A DNA stretch of 64,000 bases from Paracoccaceae bacterium (GTDB taxonomy: Bacteria; Pseudomonadota; Alphaproteobacteria; Rhodobacterales; Rhodobacteraceae). Where the stretch lies: positions 23,455 through 87,454 of the forward strand of contig JBLGAC010000008.1 in NCBI GenBank assembly GCA_047610385.1. The letters run 5' to 3'. This document shows positions 11,609 to 22,331 of this stretch, piece after piece. The notes under the pieces are model-generated. The model was given only the letters and a program-made list of their open reading frames with translations. It was not told the DNA's origin and searched no databases. Each line of letters begins with the position of its first letter. Position 1 is the first letter of the stretch. The position numbers and the translations under genes are program-made.

Positions 11609-12862
11609 TCACGCCGGGGCGCGTAGGCCCATCACCCGTTCCTTCACCGGCAGATGCACAATGGCTGAGAACGCCCCGACCCCCACGCCTATCCACCACA
11701 CAATGTCATAGGACCCGTAGCGGTCATAAAGCGCGCCGCCGAGCCAGACGCCCGTGAAGCTGCCGACCTGATGGCTGAAAAAGACGATGCCAAACAGCGT
11801 GCCCATATAACGAACGCCGTAAATGTGCCCCACCAGCCCCGCGGTCAGCGGCACGGTCGCCAGCCACAGCGACCCCATGGCGGCCGAAAACAGCAGCACC
11901 GTCGTCGGTGTCATCGGCAGCATGATGAAGGCCGCCGCGATGATCGTGCGCCCGACATAAATGCCGGACAGCAGGTATTTGCGTCTGTGCCTCGCCCCCA
12001 GCGCCCCGGCCAGCAGCGTGCCCCCGATGTTGGTCACCCCGATCGCCGCGATTGCCCATGCGCCCAGCTGCGCTGTGCTGCCGATGCCCGCCTGGGCCAA
12101 AAGCCCCGCCGGGTCGATGGGGCCACAGATCTCAGCAATGAAGGCGGGAAAATGCGCGGTGATGAAGCCCAGCTGATAGCCGCAGGAAAAGAACCCCAGG
12201 AAAATCAGCGTGAACGAAGGGTCGCGCAGCGCCCGGCTGATCACGGTCAGGAACGGGTCCTCAACCACCGGGCCTGCGGGGCGTGCGGGCGCGCGCATCA
12301 GTGGCAGAATCAACAAGATGGCCAGCGCGACGCCCGCCAGCACCAGAAACACCTGCGACAGCGGCATCACGGCCAGCAGACGTTCGATCATCGGGGGGCC
12401 GACCACCTGGCCCGCAGACCCCGCCGCCGTGGCGATGCCCAGCGCGACTGAGCGGTGCGCCTCAGACGTTGCGCGCCCCACCATCGACAGAATCACCCCG
12501 AACCCAGTGCCTGCGATGCCGAACCCCACAAGGACGTTCAGCAGCTGGTGCCCCTCAGGCGTTATGGCGGACGCCGACAGCGCAAGGCCGAGCGCATAGG
12601 TCAGCGCCCCCAGCGCCAGCGCTTTGCGGTCGCCCCACCGCTCCGCAATCATGCCAAAGATCGGCTGGCCAAAGCCCCAGGCCAGGTTCTGAATCGCGAT
12701 CGCCAACGAGAATTCTGAACGCAGCCACCCGAACTCTGCCGCGATGGGGATCTGGAACAGGCCAAACCCGGCGCGGATGGCGAAGGACACCATCACGATC
12801 GCGCAGCCCGCGATCAGCACCGGGGTCATGATGCTGGCGCGGCGGGGACGTGCCGTGGTCAT
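11609..12862 (-). CDS. MFS transporter
   Basis: About 12 hydrophobic segments; GQPIFGMIAERWGDRK resembles MFS motif A. Confidence 0.88.
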   Translation of the reverse strand: MTTARPRRASIMTPVLIAGCAIVMVSFAIRAGFGLFQIPIAAEFGWLRSEFSLAIAIQNLAWGFGQPIFGMIAERWGDRKALALGALTYALGLALSASAITPEGHQLLNVLVGFGIAGTGFGVILSMVGRATSEAHRSVALGIATAAGSAGQVVGPPMIERLLAVMPLSQVFLVLAGVALAILLILPLMRAPARPAGPVVEDPFLTVISRALRDPSFTLIFLGFFSCGYQLGFITAHFPAFIAEICGPIDPAGLLAQAGIGSTAQLGAWAIAAIGVTNIGGTLLAGALGARHRRKYLLSGIYVGRTIIAAAFIMLPMTPTTVLLFSAAMGSLWLATVPLTAGLVGHIYGVRYMGTLFGIVFFSHQVGSFTGVWLGGALYDRYGSYDIVWWIGVGVGAFSAIVHLPVKERVMGLRAPA

Positions 12863-13428
12863 GCCGTGCTGTCTTGTGGCGGGGTCCAGACGGTCAGCGT
12901 GACGCCGTCTTCGGGGTCAATCGCCTGCACCGGTCCGGGGATCAGCCCGGCGGCGGTCAGGATGTCTTCGGGCGCGCCGTCTGCGCTGAACACCGGCACG
13001 CCGCCCGCCAGCGCCACCCCCGCCTTGCGGCTGAGGTGAAAGCCCGCATAGCCATGGCTGAGGAACAGATCAAACGGCCCGCGACCGCCCGGAACCGCCA
13101 CGCGCCCGCCGGTTGGCAGCAATGCGGCCAGCATGTCGGGGGCGGGCAGGTCGACGGGGTTCCACAGCCAGGCATCAGCGCCGCGGGTCAGCCCGTTGCC
13201 AGCGCGGGTCATCACCACACGCATGCGGTTTTTGGGATTGGGCGCGGCCTCGTGGCTTGTGCGGCCCAGCACGGTGATGTCGGCGCGGTCAAGCTCAGCT
13301 TGGAAATACTGCCAATCGGCATCGTTCATCAGCGATTTGGGCAAAATTCCGTTGGCGTCGGCGATGCAGCCGCGCGCGCACACGATGGCGTATCCGTGGA
13401 CGGACCAGATGGGGGCGGCAAGGGGCAT
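12859..13428 (-). CDS. Divergent dihydrofolate reductase / RibD-C-like protein
   Basis: DADWQYFQ...VLGRTSHEA...RMRVVMTR...VAVPGGRGPF pattern of the DHFR fold; ATGA overlap with the MFS gene. Confidence 0.65.
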   Translation of the reverse strand: MPLAAPIWSVHGYAIVCARGCIADANGILPKSLMNDADWQYFQAELDRADITVLGRTSHEAAPNPKNRMRVVMTRAGNGLTRGADAWLWNPVDLPAPDMLAALLPTGGRVAVPGGRGPFDLFLSHGYAGFHLSRKAGVALAGGVPVFSADGAPEDILTAAGLIPGPVQAIDPEDGVTLTVWTPPQDSTA

Positions 13429-13561
13429 GACAGCTTCCTGATCTGGCGCGGGTTGCAGATCAATCGCCCGTCAGGCAATCGGTGTCAAAATAAAATCAGT
13501 CACCATGATCATCGCCAACGCTTGTATACCGGGGCGAACCGTTCCCCTGCCGGAGACCTCG

Positions 13562-14671
13562 ATGCCTGATACGCCCATCGCCCGCTACCGCGCCATGGTG
13601 CGCGACGGCAGGCTGAACCCCGACCCAGCGCAGAATCTGGGTATGGAAAAGCTTCAGATGCTGTTCGACCGGTTGAAGGATTATCAGCCGAAATCGCCCA
13701 AGAAAGTATCGCGCGGCTGGTTCGGCTGGGGACGAGAGCCGTCCCACACTGAGGCAGAGATCGGCGGCCTGTATCTGTATGGCGGGGTCGGGCGCGGCAA
13801 ATCCATGCTGATGGACATGTTCGCCGAAACCGCGCCGGTGACGCCGACCCGGCGGGTGCATTTCCATGGCTTCATGCAAGAAATCCATGGGTTGATCAAC
13901 GACGCCCGGTCGCGCGGCGTCACCGACCCGATTGCGGATGCCAGCGAAAAGACCGCCGCCACCGCGACGCTGCTGTGCTTTGACGAAATGCAGATCACCG
14001 ACATCGCCGACGCCATGATCGTGGGCCGGTTGTTTGAGGCGCTGTTTGCCCGCGGCGTGGTGATCGTGACCACGTCGAACCGGCATCCGGACGATCTGTA
14101 CAAGGACGGGCTGAACCGCGCGACGTTCCTGCCGTTCATTCAATTGCTGAAGCAAAAGCTGGATCTGCACCACCTCGCGGGTGCCTCGGACCACCGGCAG
14201 GACCGGCTGCGGGGGGCGCCGCGGTATCTGACCCCGCTGGGCCCCGACACAACCGCCGACATGGACCGGATCTGGGCTGATGTTGCCGATCGCCCCGACG
14301 CGCCGCTGGCGCTGAAGGTCAAAGGCCGCGACGTGATCTTTCCGCACGCCCGTGGCCGCGCGGTGCGCACGACGTTCGAAGCGCTGTGCGCCCGCCCCCT
14401 TGGGGCCGCGGATTTTCTGGCATTGGCTGAGGCCGTGGACACGATCATGATCGAAGACGTCCCACGCCTGAGCCGCGCCAGCAACAGTGAGGCGACCCGC
14501 TTTGTCCACCTGATCGACGCTTTGTATGAGGCCCGGCGGCTGGTCTACATCTCAGCCGCCGCCGCGCCGGATGCGCTGTATCAGGCAGGCCCCGGCGCGT
14601 TTGAATTTGAACGCACCGCGAGCCGGCTTGAGGAAATGCAGAGCAAGGACTGGCCCCCGCCAAGCGCCTGA
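13562..14671 (+). CDS. zapE: AFG1-family ATPase ZapE
   Basis: GLYLYGGVGRGKSMLMD (Walker A), LLCFDEMQITDIADAMI, TTSNRHPDDLY; GGAG RBS before 13562. Confidence 0.93.
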   Translation: MPDTPIARYRAMVRDGRLNPDPAQNLGMEKLQMLFDRLKDYQPKSPKKVSRGWFGWGREPSHTEAEIGGLYLYGGVGRGKSMLMDMFAETAPVTPTRRVHFHGFMQEIHGLINDARSRGVTDPIADASEKTAATATLLCFDEMQITDIADAMIVGRLFEALFARGVVIVTTSNRHPDDLYKDGLNRATFLPFIQLLKQKLDLHHLAGASDHRQDRLRGAPRYLTPLGPDTTADMDRIWADVADRPDAPLALKVKGRDVIFPHARGRAVRTTFEALCARPLGAADFLALAEAVDTIMIEDVPRLSRASNSEATRFVHLIDALYEARRLVYISAAAAPDALYQAGPGAFEFERTASRLEEMQSKDWPPPSA

Positions 14672-14859
14672 CCCTGGCCAAACTGGCCCGCGGCGCCGGT
14701 TGGCCGTGGGCCTTTGGGGGTGATCTGGCTGTGTTGGCCGAGGCCCGGGACCAAATCATGCCGCCGCGCCACGATGAATATCATCGCCCGCGCCGCGCGG
14801 GTGGCCGAGAGACTTTCGCGCCGATGGCGCGCGACAAGGATGAAAAAGGGATGGGACAT

Positions 14860-15624
14860 ATGGAGCGGTTTGCAGGCAAAACGGTGATCGTGACGGGCGC
14901 GTCCTCAGGCATCGGGGCGGCGACGGCGCGGCGGTTCTCAGCCGAAGGCGCGAATGTGGTGCTGGCGGCGCGCTCTGACCGGCTGGCCGGGGTGGCAGCC
15001 TCGCTGCCCGCCGACCGCACGCTGGCGGTGACCGCCGATGTGGGCGTGCGCGCCGATGTCGACGCGCTGATCGCGGCGGCGGTGGACCGGTTCGGCGCCA
15101 TCGACGTGCTGGTGAACAATGCCGGGGTGGCGGTTGGCGGCCCGCTGGCCGATGTGACCGACGAGGATTGGGCGAGGGTCATGCAGGTGAACGTCGCGGG
15201 CGTGTTCTATGCCGCGAGGGCCGCCATGCCGCATCTGTCGGCGGCGGGGGGCAGCATGATCAACGTGTCCTCAGTGTCCGGCATCGGTGGGGATTGGGGG
15301 ATGAGCCCTTACAACGCGTCGAAAGGCGCGGTGTCGAACTTCACCCGCGCGCTGGCGCTGGACGCAAGCCGGACCGGGGTGCGGGTGAACGCGGTGGCGC
15401 CATCCCTGACCCGATCTGAGATGACATCGCGGATCATGGGCAACGACGCGCTGATCGCCAAGTTCAAGGAGCGCATCCCCCTGGGCCGCATCTGCGAGGC
15501 AGAGGAGGTCGCGGCGGTCATTGTGTTTCTGGCCAGCCCCGACGCCAGCTTCGTCAACGGCGTGGTGATGCCGGTGGATGGCGGTGTCGGCGCCAGCAAC
15601 GGCCAGCCGCCCCTGCGTCCCTGA
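14860..15624 (+). CDS. SDR family oxidoreductase
   Basis: TGASSGIG, NNAG and YNASK motifs. Confidence 0.92.
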   Translation: MERFAGKTVIVTGASSGIGAATARRFSAEGANVVLAARSDRLAGVAASLPADRTLAVTADVGVRADVDALIAAAVDRFGAIDVLVNNAGVAVGGPLADVTDEDWARVMQVNVAGVFYAARAAMPHLSAAGGSMINVSSVSGIGGDWGMSPYNASKGAVSNFTRALALDASRTGVRVNAVAPSLTRSEMTSRIMGNDALIAKFKERIPLGRICEAEEVAAVIVFLASPDASFVNGVVMPVDGGVGASNGQPPLRP

Positions 15625-15778
15625 AGGGGTGCGGGCGGGCTCGGGGGGGAAGGTCCCCCGCTCGCCCACCCGGGCGCGGATGCCCGCGCCGCGCGCCATC
15701 CCGGCGGATGCGCAAAGGGGCGGCCCGTGCATGGACCGCCCCTTGATCGTCGCGCCCGCATTGCTGCCCGGCGAGGGC

Positions 15779-16954
15779 CTAGTCGGGCAGGACCTGGGCC
15801 AGCACGCGCATCATGTTGCCGCCCATCAACTTGGCGATCCGGTCCTCAGACCACCCCAGCGCCAGCATTTCATGGGTGAGGGCGGCGAGCTCAGACGTGT
15901 CGAAATGCGTCGCGACTGAGCCGTCATAGTCTGAGCCGAGAGAGACGTGATCCTCGCCCAACAAATCCACCGCCGCGGCGATGGCGGCGACGATCTGGGC
16001 GGGGGTGGTGCCGCAGACCGCATCCTGCCAATAGCCGATGCCAACGACGCCGCCCTTGGCCGCGATTGCCTGCATCAGATCGTCAGGAAAGTTGCGTTTG
16101 ACCGCGCAATGGTTGTGGGTGCCGCCATGGGATACCACCAGCGGGCGGTCGTCGAGCTCCAGCACCTCCCACGCGGTGCGCTGGCTGGAATGGGCCAGAT
16201 CGATCAGGACGTCGCGTTTGATTGCCGCTGCAACCACGGCGCGGCCCAGATCGGTGAGGCCCGAATTGCTTTGCCCGTGCAGGGATCCCGCGATGGCATT
16301 GTCAAAGAAATGCGTCAGGCCGAACAGCCGATAGCCCGCATCAAACAGCGGGCCGATGTTGGACAGGTCTCCGTCGAGCGCGTGCATTCCTTCGATGCCC
16401 AGCACGCCGCCAACGATCTTTTCGCCGCCTGCGCGCCGCGCAAGCAATTCGGCCAGATCGGTCTTGGTGCGGATGATTTTCAGCATTCCGGGCGCGTCAG
16501 CTTCGAAACCACGCAGCTTTTGGGCCTGATAAAGCGCGCGTTCGAACCGGCTGTCCCATGTGCGCACGGGCCACAGCTGCCCCATGACCAGCAGGGTGAT
16601 GTTGTCCGCGGCGTCGGCGGAGTTTTCGTCATAATTCTGGCCGGCCGGGGATTTGGTGACGGCGGTGAACACCTGCACCGCGACGTTGCCTTCGACCAGC
16701 CGGGGCAGATCAACCTGCCCGCGGCTGGCGCGTTCGGTCAGATCGCGGTTCCACATCAGCGGATCGGCATGCCAATCGCCGATGATCAGCCGGGTGTGAA
16801 GGGCGCGTGCCTCAGGGGAAACCGGCCATGGGTCGTGGAGGATGACCACGTTGCGCCCGCCCTCAACAATGCCGGGACCGAAGGTAAGAAAAGCTGCCAG
16901 CCCGGCGGCCGAGACCCCGACAACGCCGAGCGCGAGTTTCTTCCAGATACCCAT
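15779..16954 (-). CDS. Membrane dipeptidase (peptidase M19) with N-terminal anchor
   Basis: IGDWHADPL, LGIEGMH, GLTHFFDN, IDLAHSS, VVSHG, LGSDYDG. Confidence 0.9.
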   Translation of the reverse strand: MGIWKKLALGVVGVSAAGLAAFLTFGPGIVEGGRNVVILHDPWPVSPEARALHTRLIIGDWHADPLMWNRDLTERASRGQVDLPRLVEGNVAVQVFTAVTKSPAGQNYDENSADAADNITLLVMGQLWPVRTWDSRFERALYQAQKLRGFEADAPGMLKIIRTKTDLAELLARRAGGEKIVGGVLGIEGMHALDGDLSNIGPLFDAGYRLFGLTHFFDNAIAGSLHGQSNSGLTDLGRAVVAAAIKRDVLIDLAHSSQRTAWEVLELDDRPLVVSHGGTHNHCAVKRNFPDDLMQAIAAKGGVVGIGYWQDAVCGTTPAQIVAAIAAAVDLLGEDHVSLGSDYDGSVATHFDTSELAALTHEMLALGWSEDRIAKLMGGNMMRVLAQVLPD

Positions 16955-17141
16955 TGGGGGCTTCCTTTCACGGACATTCCGGCGCGCGGTCTGCTGCGAC
17001 CGCTTTTGCATGAGGCTAGCCGAAAACCGCACGCGCGCAACAGCCGCAGCGCACGACGTCGCGTCACTGCACCTTTGGCGCGCGGCGTTGGGCCTGCGCG
17101 CTTGGTGGATCGTGGTGCGCAGTGGGCTAAGTGGCCAGCGC

Positions 17142-17729
17142 ATGATCAGGATGTTTTGCGCCATGCTGCGCCCCGCCCTCGTTCTAGCCGTCGCTGTGGT
17201 GGCTGTGGTTCCGGCGCAGGCTGATGAAGCGGCCGCGCGGGCGGCGCTGTCTGCCCCCGGCACGCTGGTGGTGATGATGCGCCACGCGCGCGCGCCTGGT
17301 GGGGGCGACCCGGCGGGGTTCGCGTTGGGCGATTGCGCCACGCAGCGCAATCTGGATGCGGCGGGGCGCGCGCAGGCCGCCGCCATCGGCGCGGCTTTGG
17401 TGGCCGAAGGGTTCGCGCCTGACCGGGTGCTGACCAGCCGCTGGTGCCGGTGCCGGGACACTGCGGATCTGCTGGCGCTGAGGGCGCCCGAAGCGTTTGC
17501 GCCGCTGGACAGCTTTTTTGGCAATCGCGCGCGCGGGCCGGTGCAGACCGACGCGCTGCGCGCCATGCTGGCAAAGATGGCGGAGGGCGAGAAGATCATC
17601 CTCGTGACCCATCAGGTGAACATCACCGCGCTGACCGGGGTGTTTCCCGCGTCGGGAGAGGCGGCGGTGTTCCGGCCTGGGCCAGACGGGACGCCGCAGA
17701 TGATCGGCACGATCCTGATCCAGCATTGA
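17142..17729 (+). CDS. Histidine phosphatase family protein (exported)
   Basis: Signal-like N-terminus; MMRHARAPGGGDP, QRNLDAAGRAQA, LVTHQVNI. Start codon uncertain (17142, 17151 or 17163). Confidence 0.82.
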   Translation: MIRMFCAMLRPALVLAVAVVAVVPAQADEAAARAALSAPGTLVVMMRHARAPGGGDPAGFALGDCATQRNLDAAGRAQAAAIGAALVAEGFAPDRVLTSRWCRCRDTADLLALRAPEAFAPLDSFFGNRARGPVQTDALRAMLAKMAEGEKIILVTHQVNITALTGVFPASGEAAVFRPGPDGTPQMIGTILIQH

Positions 17730-17736
17730 AACGCAA

Positions 17737-17764
17737 AATGCCGCGCGATCGCTCGCGCGGCATT
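17737..17764. terminator. Bidirectional hairpin between convergent genes
   Basis: AATGCCGCGCGA-tcgc-TCGCGCGGCATT. Confidence 0.7.
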
Positions 17765-17786
17765 CATTGGCAGAGCAGCGTTTGCG

Positions 17787-18566
17787 TCAGACGCGGCGTT
17801 CAACCATCATTTTCTTGATCTCAGCGATGGATTTCGCCGGGTTCAGGCCCTTCGGGCAGGTCTTGGCGCAGTTCATGATCGTGTGGCAGCGGTACAGCCG
17901 GAACGGGTCTTCGAGGAAATCGAGCCGTTCCTGCGACGCCTCATCCCGGCTGTCGACCAGCCAGCGATAGGCGTGCAGCAGCGCGGCTGGGCCAAGATAC
18001 CGATCGCTGTTCCACCAGTAGCTGGGGCACGAGGTCGAGCAGCAGGCGCACATCACACATTCATACACGCCATCGAGCTTTTTGCGGTCCTCGATCGACT
18101 GCAGCCATTCCTTTTCAGGGCGGGCGGTCTTGGTTTCAAGCCAAGGCATGGTCGCGGCGTGCTGCGCGTAAAAATGCGTCAGGTCTGGGACCAAGTCCTT
18201 GATCACTTCCATATGCGGCAGCGGATAGATTTTGACGTCGCCTTTGACCTCATCCAACCCATAAATGCAGGCCAGCGTGTTGATCCCGTCAATGTTCATG
18301 GCACAGGACCCGCAGATGCCTTCACGGCACGAGCGGCGGAAGGTCAGGGTCGGGTCGATCTCATTCTTGATCTTGACCAGCGCGTCCAGAACCATCGGGC
18401 CACACTTGTCCATATCAACATGATACGTGTCGATCCGCGGGTTTTTACCGCTGTCGGGATCATAACGATAGACCTTGAAGGCGCGCACATTGGTGGCGCC
18501 CTGCGGCTTCGGCCAAGTCTTGCCGACTGTCATACGGGAATTCTTCGGCAGCTGGAATTCGGCCAT
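17787..18566 (-). CDS. sdhB: Succinate dehydrogenase iron-sulfur subunit
   Basis: [45 protein letters not shown]. Confidence 0.98.
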   Translation of the reverse strand: MAEFQLPKNSRMTVGKTWPKPQGATNVRAFKVYRYDPDSGKNPRIDTYHVDMDKCGPMVLDALVKIKNEIDPTLTFRRSCREGICGSCAMNIDGINTLACIYGLDEVKGDVKIYPLPHMEVIKDLVPDLTHFYAQHAATMPWLETKTARPEKEWLQSIEDRKKLDGVYECVMCACCSTSCPSYWWNSDRYLGPAALLHAYRWLVDSRDEASQERLDFLEDPFRLYRCHTIMNCAKTCPKGLNPAKSIAEIKKMMVERRV

Positions 18567-18605
18567 AATCTCGCTCCTTACGGGGTCCGGCTTTCGCCGG
18601 TCAGG

Positions 18606-19367
18606 TCAGTTGGTCGGCGCTGCGGGTTTGCGCGCCAGGAAAATCTTTTCGCCGCGGTGAAGGGCGTGGTCGCCCACCATCGGCTCAGTCGCGGCAAAGA
18701 CGGTCAGGTCGAACCCGGCGGCGCGGATGCGGTCGGCGAAATCACGGCCATACATGCGCAGATGGTCGGGGTCGGTGGCGCGCAAGGCGCGGTCTTCGGC
18801 GCTGGCATCGGGCAGCTCCAGCGTCTTGTCCCAGCCTTCGACCAGCGGCACGGTCAGCACTGCCAGCCCGCCAGGGGCCAGGATGCGGGCCATTTCCGCC
18901 AGCGCCGCCGCGTCGTCCACATGTTCAAGCACATGGTTCGCGATCACCGCATCAAACGTCCCGTCAGCCACCCCATTCATCGCCGTGATGTCGATGGTTA
19001 GGTCATAGTCGTCATGGATGTCGGCGGTCAGATACGCCGCAACGCGGGGTCGGATCAGCGCGGACAGCGCAGATTCGGCGGCGAAATGCAGCACGCGGGC
19101 GCCTTTCAGCGCGCTTGGATCGCTGGCCAGCCACAGCGCAAACAGGCGGTGCCGCGGGCGGCTGTCGCAGTTCGGGCACCAGATGGCGGGCTTGTGGCGC
19201 ACCGGGCTGAAGCGCCCCACATAACCGCAGATCGGGCAGGTTTTCACTGGCCCACCATGCGTCAGCGCGGTGAAATGGTCCACAGCCCGCCGGGCGCGCA
19301 GGTCAAGAACCTGCGCGATGTCCGCATGTGTGCGGGCAAGAGGGGTTCCGGGGGCGGTGGGTTTCAT
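18606..19367 (-). CDS. Class I SAM-dependent methyltransferase with an N-terminal CxxC...CxxC ribbon
   Basis: CPICG...CPNCDSRPRHR, VLHFAAE, FDAVIANHVLEHV, EMARILAPGG. Confidence 0.85.
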   Translation of the reverse strand: MKPTAPGTPLARTHADIAQVLDLRARRAVDHFTALTHGGPVKTCPICGYVGRFSPVRHKPAIWCPNCDSRPRHRLFALWLASDPSALKGARVLHFAAESALSALIRPRVAAYLTADIHDDYDLTIDITAMNGVADGTFDAVIANHVLEHVDDAAALAEMARILAPGGLAVLTVPLVEGWDKTLELPDASAEDRALRATDPDHLRMYGRDFADRIRAAGFDLTVFAATEPMVGDHALHRGEKIFLARKPAAPTN

Positions 19368-21169
19368 CAGAAGGTGCGGACCTTGGGTGCGATGCGCTTC
19401 AGGGCGATGCCGCCTTCGGCCTCGGTGGTCAGCGGATCGACGATGACGGGGCGGTGGCTCAGGGTCACTGATGCGCCATCGACGCGGCTGATGGTGTGCA
19501 CGCGCCAGTTTTCATCATCGCGGGTTGGGTGGTCTTCGTGGGCATGGGCACCGCGGCTTTCGGTGCGGGCCTCAGCGCCGACGATGGTCGCCAGCGCGTT
19601 GGGCATCAGGTTCGCCAGCTCCAGCGTCTCCATAAGGTCGGAGTTCCAGATCAGGCTGCGGTCGGTCACCTTGATGTCGGCCATCTTGCCGGCGATGGCG
19701 GTCATCTTTTCCACGCCTTCGGACAGGGTCTTGGAGGCGCGGAACACCGCGGCATCCGACTGCATGGTTTTCTGCATCTCAAGGCGCAATTCAGCGGTCG
19801 GGATCGCGCCGTCTGCATAGCGCAGGGCGTCGAGACGGTCGAACGCCTTGTCGATCGCGGCCTTGGGCGCTTTGGGAACAGCGGTGTCGGGGTCCAGCAC
19901 CTTGCCCGCGCGGATCGCCGCGGCGCGGCCGAACACCACCAGATCGATCAGCGAGTTCGATCCGAGACGGTTCGCGCCATGCACCGATGCGCAGCCCGCC
20001 TCGCCGACAGCCATCAGGCCGGGGACCACGGCATTGCCGTTATCTGCGGTCGGGTTCAGCACTTCGCCCCAATAATTGGTGGGGATGCCGCCCATGTTAT
20101 AGTGCACGGTGGGCAGAACTGGGATCGCCTCTTTGGTCAGATCAACGCCTGCGAAGATGCGCGCGGATTCTGAAATCCCCGGCAAACGCAGCGCCAGAAC
20201 CTCAGGCGGCAGGTGGTTGAGGTTCAGGTGGATGTGATCGCCATGTTCCCCGACGCCGCGGCCTTCGCGGATCTCCATCGTCATGCAGCGCGAGACGTAA
20301 TCGCGCGGCGCGAGGTCTTTGTAGTTGGGCGCATAGCGCTCCATGAACCGCTCACCCTCAGAGTTCGTCAGGTATCCACCCTCGCCGCGCGCACCTTCGG
20401 TGATCAGGCAGCCTGACCCGTAGATGCCGGTGGGGTGGAACTGCACGAACTCCATGTCCTGCAGCGCCAGACCCGCGCGGGCAACCATGCCGCCGCCATC
20501 GCCAGTGCAGGTGTGCGCCGAGGTGGCCGAGAAATACGCGCGTCCGTAGCCGCCGGTGGCCAGCACGACCGTTTTGGCGTTGAACACATGCATGGTGCCG
20601 TCATCAAGCTTCCAGCACAGGACGCCCTTGCACACGCCATCTTCCATCAGCAGGTCGATGGCGAAATATTCGATGTAGAATTCCGCATTGTGCTTCAGCG
20701 ACTGGCCATAAAGCGTGTGCAGAATTGCATGGCCGGTGCGGTCCGCCGCGGCGCAGGTGCGCTGCACGGGCGGGCCTTCGCCAAATTCAGTGGTGTGGCC
20801 GCCGAAGGGACGCTGGTAGATCTTGCCTTCTTCGGTGCGAGAGAAGGGCACGCCGTAATGCTCCAGCTCATACACCGCCTTGGGGGCTTCACGCGCCAGA
20901 TATTCCATGGCGTCGGTGTCGCCCAGCCAGTCTGATCCCTTGACGGTGTCGAACATGTGCCACTGCCAGTTGTCCGGGCCCATGTTGGACAGCGACGCTG
21001 CGATGCCGCCCTGGGCGGCGACCGTGTGGCTGCGGGTCGGGAACACTTTGGTGACGCAGGCGGTTTTCAGCCCCTGCTCAGCCATGCCGAGGGTGGCGCG
21101 CAGGCCCGCGCCACCGGCGCCGACCACGACCACGTCATAGTTGTGCTCGGTATATTCGTATGCGGCCAT
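19367..21169 (-). CDS. sdhA: Succinate dehydrogenase flavoprotein subunit
   Basis: [19 protein letters not shown] (FAD-His), [17 protein letters not shown]. Confidence 0.98.
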   Translation of the reverse strand: MAAYEYTEHNYDVVVVGAGGAGLRATLGMAEQGLKTACVTKVFPTRSHTVAAQGGIAASLSNMGPDNWQWHMFDTVKGSDWLGDTDAMEYLAREAPKAVYELEHYGVPFSRTEEGKIYQRPFGGHTTEFGEGPPVQRTCAAADRTGHAILHTLYGQSLKHNAEFYIEYFAIDLLMEDGVCKGVLCWKLDDGTMHVFNAKTVVLATGGYGRAYFSATSAHTCTGDGGGMVARAGLALQDMEFVQFHPTGIYGSGCLITEGARGEGGYLTNSEGERFMERYAPNYKDLAPRDYVSRCMTMEIREGRGVGEHGDHIHLNLNHLPPEVLALRLPGISESARIFAGVDLTKEAIPVLPTVHYNMGGIPTNYWGEVLNPTADNGNAVVPGLMAVGEAGCASVHGANRLGSNSLIDLVVFGRAAAIRAGKVLDPDTAVPKAPKAAIDKAFDRLDALRYADGAIPTAELRLEMQKTMQSDAAVFRASKTLSEGVEKMTAIAGKMADIKVTDRSLIWNSDLMETLELANLMPNALATIVGAEARTESRGAHAHEDHPTRDDENWRVHTISRVDGASVTLSHRPVIVDPLTTEAEGGIALKRIAPKVRTF

Positions 21170-21261
21170 GTGCTTGGCTCCGATCAAATGTCCTGCGGGG
21201 GCGCGCGGCAGCAAGGTGGCGCGTGCCGCGCCCGCGAAAGGCTGGGGAAGGCGGGCGGCGG

Positions 21262-21642
21262 TCAGCCGCCGAACGCAATCTTCATGACAGCGAAGATGCC
21301 CGTCAGGCCGAACAGGCCGCAGAACATGATGTTCCCCAGCAGCGCCGCGGTGCGGATGCCCTTATGGTGAACATAGTCCTCAATCACCACTTGCAAGCCG
21401 AGCTGCATGTGGCGGAACACGATTGCGATGAACAGGACCGCGACGATGGCATGGAACGGGTTTTCATAGGTCGACCGCGCCGCTTCATAGTCCTGGCCCA
21501 GTGACTGCCCGAAGGGCGCCACGAACAGCACCGTCAGGGGGATCAGCGCCACCGCGGTGACCCGCTGGAGCCACCAGTGATGCGTGCCGTCTTTCGCAGA
21601 ACCGAGGCCGGTGACCTTGGCGCGGGGGGTTTTATAGCTCAT
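21262..21642 (-). CDS. sdhD: Succinate dehydrogenase membrane anchor subunit
   Basis: [22 protein letters not shown]...[15 protein letters not shown]. Confidence 0.96.
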   Translation of the reverse strand: MSYKTPRAKVTGLGSAKDGTHHWWLQRVTAVALIPLTVLFVAPFGQSLGQDYEAARSTYENPFHAIVAVLFIAIVFRHMQLGLQVVIEDYVHHKGIRTAALLGNIMFCGLFGLTGIFAVMKIAFGG

Positions 21643-21667
21643 GTGATCTGTTCCCTCTCGCGCGGCC

Positions 21668-22054
21668 TCAGGCCGCGATGACCCAGGTCATCAGCGTCAG
21701 TGCGCCCGAAGCGACCAACACGATCTGACCGGAGAACGTGACCTGCTCCATCTCAAAGCCGTAGCCGAGATCCCACCACAGGTGCCGGATGCCGTTGCAA
21801 AAATGAAAGGCCAGCGCCCAGGTGGAACCCATCATGATCAGCGTGCCGACCCAGCTGGTGACGATCCCGTCGGCGAAGGCGAAATATTCAGGCCCTGAGG
21901 CCGCGGCCAGCAGCCACCACACCGTCAGAGCTGCGCCAAGCGCGAGTCCCACGCCGGTCGCCCGGTGCAGGATCGACAGCACTGAGGTGATCTGCGGGCG
22001 ATACACCTGCAGGTGCGGTGAAAGGGGGCGGCTGCCCCGGTTGACGTCTGCCAT
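21668..22054 (-). CDS. sdhC: Succinate dehydrogenase cytochrome b556 subunit
   Basis: RPLSPHLQVYRPQITSVLSILHRATG...HFCNGIRHLWWD. Confidence 0.96.
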   Translation of the reverse strand: MADVNRGSRPLSPHLQVYRPQITSVLSILHRATGVGLALGAALTVWWLLAAASGPEYFAFADGIVTSWVGTLIMMGSTWALAFHFCNGIRHLWWDLGYGFEMEQVTFSGQIVLVASGALTLMTWVIAA

Positions 22055-22171
22055 GCTTTTCCCCTGACGATCGAGTGCGGGCGCAAACTGCGCCGCGCGA
22101 GGATATTCGTCGCAGCGGGGGCGGGGGCCTAGGGCCGTCGGGCCTGCGCTCCACCACATCCGCGCGGTGTC

Positions 22172-22200
22172 TCTATAACAGGGGGCACTTGCGTTTCCAA
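22172..22200 (-). promoter_or_regulatory. sigma70-like promoter of sdhCDAB
   Basis: Minus strand TTGGAA-N17-TATAGA. Confidence 0.5.
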
Positions 22201-22281
22201 AGGGGCGCAGGTGCTTTAGCGGCGTTTTCACGCGGGTCATGGTGCGGCGTCTGTGGAAAATTTCAAGCTTTCGACGCAGTT

Positions 22282-22331
22282 TGTGATCACACGCGCAGGG
22301 CTGTGATCACAGCCATATGGTTGTGATCACA
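22282..22331. promoter_or_regulatory. Triple palindromic operator-like array TGTGATCACA, 20-bp period
   Basis: Exact copies at 22282, 22302 and 22322 in the mch-sdhC intergenic region. Confidence 0.8.

Noticed and set aside
13495-13509. ATC-N9-GAT LysR-type box in the divergent DHFR/zapE intergenic region
   Set aside because: The motif is too short to be significant and no LysR gene is nearby.
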